Origin: Trichosphaerium sp. ATCC 40318
Taxonomy: Eukaryota > Protista > Tubulinea
Reading direction: 5' to 3'
NCBI GenBank assembly: GCA_038496445.1
Contig: JALMLS010000287.1
Coordinates: 1 to 64,000 of the forward strand
Length of the DNA: 64,000 nucleotides
A program made the position numbers and the translations under genes. Positions 49,982-60,133 of this stretch are shown piece by piece. The notes under the pieces were generated by a model. It searched no databases, was not told the origin of the DNA, and saw nothing but the letters and a program-made list of their open reading frames with translations. Position 1 is the stretch's first letter; each line of letters begins with the position of its first letter.

Positions 49982-50296
49982 TCATCGTGGCGCCTGCAAA
50001 TACAATGAATACTCGGGAACTTGCTCAACGAAACTAATGTAACTTGTAACCAAATATAGTATCTTCTACACGTGACATAACACATATCGTTCGATCAACT
50101 GTTTTGTTGAACCAGTTGTGACTTCCTTTCTTCACTGTTTTGCAAGGGTATAGCTCGATACCAATGCGAATTTAGAGTCCCAGATGCTGGCAGTTGTTGG
50201 TGTATTCTATTTGAGCATATATCCATTAAGTTCATTTTTTAGAGTTTAGGACTTACCAAATTAAGCGGCCTGGCGTGCAAACTTAAAACACTCAGC

Positions 50297-53200
50297 ATGA
50301 CAGAAACCGCGTCGGATAGTTTTATGAGACTGGGTGGTAAACTCTACAAGCTATTTTAATATATTTTTCTTGACATTTGGGCTAGTTGATGTTGGTGGCA
50401 CCAATACTGATGGTGTTATCTTACAAGGTATGTTTTTAAAGTATCCAGAAAAGAAAATAAGCTTCAGTTTAGGTTCCAAGATTCTATCTTCTCATAAGTC
50501 ACCTACAACCCTCGATCCACGTCATGGTATCAATACTGTGGCATCTAAGTGTATCTCAGAGGTAGACGCTTCAAAAATCGAATGCGTGCTACTTGGCACC
50601 ACGCACGTGCGTAGAATTGTATTTCGGACCTGAGAGAGTAGTTTAGCCATGTTGTTGTTTAACTTCGTGCCACTTTTCTCTAAAGGTTTATCGAGCTTTG
50701 AATGTTGACTGAGATGTTTTTCTAGTTCGTGAACGCAATAATAAAGAGGCAAGGACTGTCTAAAGTTGGGGTGATTAGGTTATGCACAAATGCGAGCTTA
50801 GTTTATCCTCCATTTTCTTTCTTCCCTTCTGACCTTGTAGATGCTGTTAAAGGTCACGTGGGTACGCTGTAATAAAACTAAGAGCCTCGCGATGTCTAAA
50901 CACGTGTCATAATAACATTTCTTTAAATAGCTATGATTGACGGAGGATACGAATATAATGGTGAACCTATGGCTGAAGTCAAGGTTGAACAAGTCCGCGA
51001 AGCATGTAAAGTGATGTTGGACAAGGGTATATCATTTGTTGTTGTATCATGTTGCTTTGCACCTATACAAACAGAACAAGAAGAACAAGTAAGGTACATT
51101 CATATTGATTCTTTTGATATTAGCACAAGACATTCATTCATCTTACAACAGCGCTATTATTGCAAAAGAATTTCCTAGTATTCGTGTAACACAAAGCAAT
51201 CGTATAGCATCACGTGCGTATTACAATCATTTAGTAATTTGCTAAACGACTGGAGTCTAGTCAAAGTTGATACACTTCTTTTATTATCTTTTTTACTAAG
51301 GGTGTTGTTGACTGGTTTTTTTTTAATGTAGTCGGTTTGCTTGAAAGAGAAAATGCAGCTATCCTAAACTCTTCATTACAAAATCTTGCCTCTCACGAGA
51401 TTAAGTCATTCTATCAAGGGTTTAGAGAGTTAGGTAAGTACTTATTTAGTTTGTCCTTTGCATAACCTGATGTTTAGGGTTAACGTGTCCTATGTTTATA
51501 ACTCAAAACGATGGCACTTTATTGACAATGGAAAAGGCTGTAAATTATCCTATACTCACGTGTTCAAGTGGACCAACAAATAGTATGCGTGGAGCTGCAT
51601 GGCTGACAGGGCTCAAAAGTATGTATTCTGTCAATGGAGATGCGAAACCATATGTTAAGTTTTTCTTTGAATAGATGCAGTGGTTGTTGATGTAGGTGGT
51701 ACAACAACGGATGTTGGTATGATTGTAAACGTGCGTTATACTATTAGCAAACAGTTCATTGTTTTAGCTGAAGTGCAGCAATTGTTTGCCATGCAACTGT
51801 AACTCGGCTGATTTTTTTTGTTTCGCAACTAATTCTACGATTGTTTAGGGATTCCCAAGAAGTGCATCAGCATATTTTGAACTTGGTGGAGTTAATACAA
51901 ATTTCAGAGTACCTGATGTTTTGTCTATTGGTTTAGGTGGAGGTAGTCACGTGATATTTGATGACTCAGGTAGAGGCCTATCAACTAAAAAAGAAGAAAA
52001 AAACCATTGTTTTAGGAGTTACCATTGGACCTAAAAGTGTTGAACATCGTTTACTTGAAGAATCAGTTTCTTTTGGTGGAAATACGCTTACAACTACGGA
52101 TATTGCTATCGCTGCTGGTGTGGCATCTATAGAAAACGCAGACAAGTCAAAAGTGAATTTAACCAAAGAACAACTAAGTGATGCATTGAAAAAGATAAAG
52201 CTAGTTGTTGAAGACATCATTGACAAGGTACACGTGATTTAGAACATACTACCAATTTTTAAGAATATATAGAATCATTTTTACGTTGTATAGTACGTGT
52301 AATGTCCGGCGTCATCTCAATAGACGAGTAACAATATTTTCCTTATTTTTTCTTATTTTTTTCGTAGATGAAAACGAGTGCTGATGATGTTGCTGTAATT
52401 CTTGTCGGAGGTGGATCGATTTTACTCAAAGACGAGAGTTTTAAAGGTGTTTCGAAAGTATACAAACCAAATCACTTCTCCGTCGCAAATGCCTTGGGTG
52501 CAGCACTGTACAGTTAATTTTTTTTTTTTTTTTTTTTTGGTTCAAAACGAAGGAACCGTTTTACCATTGTATTATTTATCTTTATTATATTTAGAGCTCA
52601 GGTTGGATCTCATATGGATATGGTTGTTAAAATGAAAGGAAGAAAAAGAGAAGAAGTTCTTTCTGAATTGAAAACCAAAGCTATTGGAAAAGCTATAGCT
52701 CAAGGTATTCTTTTTACTCATTCCATTCTTCAATCGTGTATAACTATTTTAAGGTGCAATTGAAAATACTGTCAGTATAATAGATATGGAGGATATACCA
52801 TTATCTTACATACCAGATGCTATGAGAGTCATAATTAAAGCTGTTGGTGATATCGATATAGCAAAAGTGTCAGCTTTGAAATACGAACTTCCAAAGACTT
52901 TAGAAACACCTGAAACTACCCCAACACAGGATAGCTCCACCCAATCACTTTCTAGTGGAACCACATACGCCTGTAATACCACTCATGAAATAGATAAGGA
53001 AAAGAAAGAGTGGACTCTCAGGCAAGTGCTGAGTTTTTACAAGTGTTGTTTGTAGCTAAGTTCTTTGTTTAGTGTTCAAGATGTTGAGTATATCTCAGTT
53101 GGATGTAATATCCTTGGTTCTGGTGGAGGTGGTGACTCAACGAATACAGCAAAGCTACTTATTAGTCTTATGAAATCTGGTAAAAAGGTTATAGTCACAT

Positions 53201-54814
53201 CAATTGATGAGTTACCTGATGATGCTCAGTGTGTTACTGGTACAATAGTTTGTAGTTTTGTTTTTCTTTATGTGTTGACTCTATGTGTTTAGTCGGGTTT
53301 CTGGGTGCACCTACTGTTGTAACAGAGAAGTTATTTAATGGTTCTGAAATTAGAAATGCTGTAAAAACTCTTGGAGTCGATACAACCAAATCTTACGCTT
53401 TAAGTCTTGAAATTGGAGGTAACGGTTAACAAGCTTGGTGTTATCCACAACTGAACCGCTTTTAGGTCTTAATGGCTTACAACAACTTCTAATGAGTGCT
53501 ACTACTGGACGTAAATCGCTGGATGCTGATTTGATGGGACGGTGAGTTTAAGCAAAAGATTGGTCTTTTTTTTTTTTGCATCCAAAACAACACCTTCTTC
53601 TTCTACATGAAAGTGACTACTACTTTCTTACTGAACTAGGGCTTTCCCTAAACTAAATCAACAAACATTTACCATTAATGATATCAATATCCTTCCTGTA
53701 TCAATGGTTGATTGTGATGGTAATGGTGTCGTACTTAAAACTGTTTCATGTTTTAAAAACATTGAAATGTTTATGCGTACACTTGTTGTACAGATGGCAC
53801 GTGATAAAATTCTTTTAACCTTAGTTTTCTGAACATTTTATGTTCATTTACATCAAAAGTTAGTTGCATTGTTTACAAATAGTAGGGTTGTTCTGCAGCT
53901 ATCGCTGTTGGACCTCATAATATAAAACAAACTAAGAAGTTCATGGTACCTAACAGTATTTCAAACGCCTGGTACTTTGTTGTTGACGCATTATCACATC
54001 ACCAAGTGCTTTAATTAAACTAGTTATAAGGTATATTGGCAAGACTATAGCAGAAGCAAAGAATCGTAAAGAGAATCCTTTAGAAGCTTTGGCAAAATCA
54101 CAGAGTAAGTCAACACAAAATGTGAGTATGTCTTTGTTAATGTACTTCATAGATGGACGTGTTCTGTTTGAAGGTAAAGTTATAGATGCCAATACGAAAG
54201 TAGAGGGTGGTTATAGTAAAGGTAGACTTTCCATCGAAGGACTTGATAGCTACAAGGGTGAGTACAAATAAAACTCAAACGAGTTCAGTTTTAAAGGAAA
54301 AAAATAGGAAAAAACATGAAAATCAATTATCAGAACGAGAACCTCATCGCTTTCATCGGTGATGAAGTTGTTGCCACAACACCTGATATAATATCTGTTT
54401 TTGATAGAGAAAATTCAACACCAATACCATGTGATAAGTGTACGCACAACCAAAAAAATCCAGTTTCTTTCAAATTCTTTTCAACAAATCTCAGACGTCA
54501 TCACAAAACACCTTTTGGGATGCCGTGCTGGATCCTTATATTAGAGAACTGATTTCAAGCACCAAGTATCATTATGTCTCTTTTAGGACATTCACACAAG
54601 AGCTTTTTATTCAACAACATAACTCAGTTTTTTCTCATCTAATGTTTTTGTTCAAGATCATTTCGGGTATCGTGTTTGCGTCATAGCATTCCCTTGCCAC
54701 CCTCTGATAGCTACAAAGAAAGCACTTGAAGTGTTAGGACCTAAAGCTTTTGGTTATGATGTATTGTATAAGCCTGTAGGCACTTTCAAATCTCCTCCAG
54801 ACTTGTTCAAATAA
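50297..54814 (+). CDS. Hydantoinase/oxoprolinase A-like + DUF917 fusion, about 22 exons
   Basis: GVDVGGTNTD, GTTHFVNA, GLLERENAAILN, SSGPTNSMRGAA, VVDVGGTTTDVG, SIGLGGGS; DUF917 GCNILGSGGGGD, EIGGLNG, DADLMGRAFP, QNENLIA, GPKAFGY. Confidence 0.92.
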
Positions 54815-55087
54815 AAGAGGAGTGAGTGTTCAAAACTCGCAAAAAAAAAGTGGATTTGTGTCATTTTGTGGTCAGCTTTATCTGAGATCCGACATGCGTT
54901 GAGGTATTTTTCGTCAAGCGCTGATTACCATTGGTTGTCGCAGATCCCGCCTTTTTGTAAACCGTTCGCTTACAACAAGTGGCTTAAATGACATTTCTGG
55001 AACTTCTCCTTCCTACAATCAAACCTAAACTAGCGTCTACACGCACATCATAGTATCTGAGCGCTTGATTTCACCATAGTATAAAAG

Positions 55088-56151
55088 ATGTCTAAAACAC
55101 ACCCAGAAGCAATAGAAAATAGGTAACAATGGCCTAAACCTCATCTACACCTTCCTGATAACGGCAATAGTACCAAGACGAGCATTTTAGATATCCCTAA
55201 AGAGATTCTCGCGGATATTCTAAGTCGCACTAAAAAAGCTCGCTTAGCAGCTTGTCAAACTTGTCGTCTTCTTGCTTCTGTAATTCATGATATTGTTGGA
55301 TACGAACATGTGACATTAACAACTGAATCACAAGCAAAGCAACTCTTAAAACACAAAATGTTTTTGAGACACACCAAAATCAGTCTGGTTGGTAATTTCT
55401 CTGACATTGTTGTCAAAGAATTTGCTGGTGTTCATACTATAAACCTTACTTATTGTTCTTTACTTGATTTAACAGACAAAGGTATTTCGGCCCTTGCTGG
55501 CGTTCACGAGATTAATCTTTCTCAAACATCTGTAAGAGATGAGGGTATCAAAGCTCTTTCTGGTGTTCACACAATTCATCTCTCGTATACTTCCATAACA
55601 GATGAAGGCGTTAAGCATCTTGCTGGTGTTCATACTATTTATCTTGAAGAAACGTCTGTTACAGATGAAGGCATCAAATCACTTGCAGGCGTACATAAGA
55701 TTCACATTTCTCGCACTTCTGTGACAGATGAAGGCATTAAACATCTTGCTGGTGTTCATACTATTAACCTTGAAGGTACCTCAGTAACAGACAAGGTATT
55801 AAAGCCCTTGCTGGGGTTTATGAGATTAACTTGCAACGTACTGCAGTTACTGACGAGGGTGTTAAGGCACTTGCTGGTGTTCAAAAGATTTTTCTACAAC
55901 ATACTCCAATAACCGATGTAGGTCTCAAAGCGCTTTCTGGTGTTCACACAATACATCTCTCTTATACTTCTATAACAGATGAAGGTGTTAAACATCTTGC
56001 TGGTGTTCATACAATTAACCTTGAGGGTACATCTGTAACAGACGAAGGAATTAAAGCACTTGTTGGCGTACACACAATAAGTCTTGCTTACACTTCAGTA
56101 ACGAAGAAAGGTATTAAAGCTCTTGGCGATTGTAACGTGAAAGCTCTTTGA
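55088..56151 (+). pseudogene. F-box + 21-aa LRR gene with a 1-nt frameshift at ~55793 (pseudogene or assembly error); one 5' intron 55123-55170
   Basis: MSKTHPEAIENS|TKTSILDIPKEILADIL...CQTCRLL F-box; 11 GVHxIxLxxTSVTDEGxKxLx repeats. GACAAGGT at 55790 is one base short of the repeat's GAY-RAA-GGT. Confidence 0.8.
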
Positions 56152-56387
56152 TAATAAAACAAGTACGGTTTATTAATAGACTACCTCGTGCTTTGATAAT
56201 TAAACAAAATTGTACTGTACAGAATGAGGAAGAAGTTTATGACGAAAACGAAAACTCAAGATGAGAAGTTCTTTTTCACGTGAGAAATCCATTCTCTTCC
56301 TTGTTTTTTCGGTTTTGTCTTCGCTCCTCCTTGGTTGGCGGCTTCCTTGGGTGCAGCCATATGGACAAACTTTGGCGTTTTGCCGTT

Positions 56388-56947
56388 TTAAAATGAGTTG
56401 AAAACAACTTTCTCAGAAAGACGTTGTTGTTGACGGACACGCTCCCAATCGCTCTTTTCTGCTTGTCTTGTTTCTATCCTTGCAGCAAATCCTGCTGCTT
56501 TTTCTTGCATCTTCTTTTTACGCTTCTTTTGCTTCTTTGATAGCGACTTTCTGGACTTTTTGATCCCGCCGTTGTTTCTGTGGAATAAAATTAATGAATG
56601 TTTTACTTCGCTTTATAGTAACGTACAACGCCAGTAGATTCGTTGGTTTGGAGGACACTCGTTTTTTTGAATGGTTAAGCATTTCTCTTGTAAGGACGAT
56701 TTTAGCATTGTCTCGCCTTACCTGCCAGTTTTTTTCTTCCTAAACACGCGTTTAACGGCTTTATTACGATATTTACTTTCAACTATTTTTCTTCTGTTTT
56801 TATTCGCTTATACGTACATCCTCAATACCACCTACGTGGTCTGTTTCTCCAAGGAAGTCTTGACGCATTTGCGACTCACGAGCGCGTTTACCACGACCTA
56901 ATTTTACGTAAACATTTATAAATATCTATTGTAGTACCTCTAGGCAT
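56388..56947 (-). CDS. Small basic nuclear protein, Alb1/Ecm1-like ribosome-biogenesis factor (tentative)
   Basis: MPRG|RGKRARESQMRQ...GGIKKSRKSLSKKQKKRKKKMQEKAAGFAARIETRQAEKSDWE. Confidence 0.5.
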
Positions 56948-57037
56948 CTGTGTAAATCGTTATTTTCCGATCACCTAAGGAAGTCTGCCTTAAAGTGCTT
57001 TGTTTTGGTACTACAAACTAACGTAAATAACAACATA

Positions 57038-58229
57038 ATGCGTACCTTCGTTCTGTTTGCTGTTTTAATTAGCCTTTTGGCGGTTATTAGCGGATTTAGT
57101 ACCTATTCTAATTTATTGCGTTCTTTGTCCTTGCAAATTGCCAAAGGCCGTTACGAGGTGCGTTAAACACTAACTTCTCGACGCTTACTTTACAAAGGCC
57201 GACCAAGACATAATAAAGCGCTTTGCAGCAGCTTATCGCACAACACCAGCACTACAGAGCTTTTCGGGTACAGCACATGAACAAAACTTCGTTCATGAGA
57301 ACTTTACGTTTTTGCGTTAACGCGTTCTTTAGTGCCTAGAATGATACCTAATAGTATCACACTACGTCTACCTTATGTTGTAGACCAAGATGTAGATGGA
57401 ACGAACACTGAGTTTCCAAACCCTTCTGTGTACGTTACTTTTAACTATATTTCGCGGTTGCAATGCAAACTAATCCGTTTTGTTTAGAGTAGAGAGTCAA
57501 GTTAAGGTTATTCTTGACCCAAATATGCACACTTGTGTAGATAAAGAGGTGTATTTTGGCAAAGCAGGAGAAAAATTTGGCGAAATCACAGACTACATTG
57601 GAGAATATTGTGCTCCAGGCCAAACCTTGCAAACTTGCAGCGAGAGAGTACGTTTGTTTGTAGCCCAAATTCATCGCGCTTTTTGTACTGTTATTCTGAT
57701 CGCTTTGATCAAAAAACCCGAAAAACGAAGAATTCTTTCTGTTGTTGTGGCGAGGTTTTAATCGTTTGTTTTTTTAGATTGAATGGGCACTCTCCACTGT
57801 CGATAATCCTCTTCCTTTCGGACGAACAACCTCTTGCATAAGAGATTGTTGTGGAAGTGTTGTTGCTTCTTGGAGAGTATTTGTTAATATGTACTGGAAG
57901 CACAGATCAGAGTGCGAAGGTAACAGTGATCTAAGGTTCGTTGGTCTTTTTTCTCGTCTGCAATTTGTTTTTCTTGTGTTTCTTCGTGCTGGTGCTGGCA
58001 GCCAGGCACTTTATTGTTCTTTTTGGCTTTTCTTCCCGATTTTGGGGATGAGTAGAAGTGCAGGAGTCTTACTTTTTTTGTTAGAATGAGAATCACAGCT
58101 GCTGAATTGAAAGATATTCCTGATGATCAAATATCTATTCTTGAGTTAAAACTCACTCCTGGAGATTACGCTTGGATTAATGTCACAACTCCAGCCGGTG
58201 ATGAGTTCCAAGTATTGAACCCTGTCTAA
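57038..58229 (+). CDS. Secreted Cys-containing hypothetical protein, about 6 exons
   Basis: Signal peptide MRTFVLFAVLISLLAVISG; in-frame spliced exons end ...GDEFQVLNPV*. Confidence 0.7.
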
Positions 58230-58601
58230 GAAAACAAGTTTTTTTTTTTCAGATTTACTTCATAAATAAATAAAAACCACCTTTATTCTGAGCTTGTTGC
58301 GCTTTTGTTCAACTGTTTTAGCAAGGAATTAATTCACACTCCTGTTGGACCAACATTCAAAACTGGGTCCCACCCAAATGTTGCACCAATACTTTTGGTA
58401 AGGCTAGATTTTTAACGCAGGAGCTCAAAAAGCATGCTTTTTGGATTCAGTAGAGTAAGCTGTATACACCACGGAGACAACTTCAATGTCACTTTGAGCT
58501 TATCTCAACATTTGGCTTATTTCGCAGATGATCGACTCTTTTTTGTGAAGTCCTTACTTTCAATGAATAGTTTGTCCTGTTTTGTGTTTTGCTACCTACG
58601 T

Positions 58602-59873
58602 ATGTCACAAAAGAGCAACGCATCAGACTTGCTAATTCAAAATTTACCTGTAGAATTGTTATACAGCATAGTTGGGTATATAACATCAGAGGGTGGTATA
58701 CTTTTAGCGCTTTCATTGTCTAGAACATGTTATATCTGTCGTAGTGTCGTTAATGAGTATGCAAAGACCATTCTACGTAGAAAATACAATCAAACGACAG
58801 ATTTACGCTCAAGCTTGGTGGTACTTGACCGTTTATTGCTCATTATTGCTTAAAAGCAACTACAGGCGCTCGTATATCGACAAAAGATGCTTGGGCGTAT
58901 AGTTAAACCGTATTGGATTTATAGAACAGAGAAAAACAAAACAGTCGTCTCTATAATACCTGTAAGCACCCAGCCGCCACGGTTACAATATAAAAGCAAA
59001 ACTGAAGATTGGGGTGAGAGTTTTCAATGAATTAGTTCTTGACGGTTGTGTAGAGCCAGTAAAACGTACCTGCAAGCTATTTTTCACTCCTGTGAATGGA
59101 AAGGAGTATACGTATCAGCTTACTGATGTACCATACGGAAAGTCTCGCTCAAGAAAAACCAAACATCAAATTACGCAGCGATTGATTAGTAAGTGAATAA
59201 TGACGTTTCGCGGGTTTTTTTTCATTTTTTTTTGTCACGTGACAGTTGATGTTGTTTTTTGTCTCTGACTGTTTGTTTTCAAGGATGGAAGCCATGTACA
59301 ATAAAAATACCAATCAATGGTATTCTTAATAACATGAAGATGGAGATAGAGGTCTATGAAGGCGAGAATTTAATAGGAAAGTACAAAGGAGATTTTAGTT
59401 TTATAAATCAAAGAAAAGATATGGCAGATGAATGGGCTTACCCAAAGGTACGTAGAAGTTCGTAGCTAACAGTTAATTATTGAATTAACTGTATATCTGC
59501 ACATAGGATAAACCTTTTGGTGTACCAATAACAAGTCCAATTCGTGGAAACAAAAATGGAGAATTTAATTTTCTTGTTCAAATTCGTCCTAGGAGTGCAT
59601 GGAAAGGGCTCTCTGCAGGGAGGTTGGAAGATCACTTTGATTGTAGGTTTTATTTTAGTAGTGTCGCTAAATACTGTTATAGTTATTGACGACATTACTG
59701 AGAAAAGAAAAATTGACCTTGGAGATGTCAGGAGGGTAAAACATAAACTTTCTGGAGAAATAATGCGTTGTTTCACCTATACAAGAAAAATTGTACCACA
59801 CCCTACTGAACATAGTAAAAGGGTCATGTTTATCACAAACCAAAAGGTTTATGTTGTTTACTTGAGCGAATAA
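58602..59873 (+). CDS. F-box protein with beta-rich C-terminus, about 5 exons
   Basis: IQNLPVELLYSIVGYI...LSLSRTCYICRSVV F-box; GT-AG exons join to ...QKVYVVYLSE*. Confidence 0.7.
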
Positions 59874-60133
59874 AGTCCTCAAAGTGGTGATCTTTGACTG
59901 CTGAAATGCTTTAATAAAATAAGGATTAGCTGTAAGTTGGATGGTAGTAAATATTTTTTTGCAATTGGATAAATAAGCTTACTAAAGGAGGTCGTATGTA
60001 GCACCAGTTGTAAATAAATTCTATGATTGGTCAGGTGATAGATGACATTGTTTTGCATTGTGAATAGTACTTATTTTATTGTTGTTTTTTTTTGGTGTAG
60101 CTTGAGATTAGGGTTTGTGTCTTTTGTGTAACT

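Noticed and set aside
53108-53700. Additional U12 donors (ATATCCTT near 53109 and 53688; GTATCCTA at 49799)
   Set aside because: They fall in conserved coding motifs (GCNILGSGGG, INILPV, YGGDVSY) and lack a matching downstream U12 branch site.
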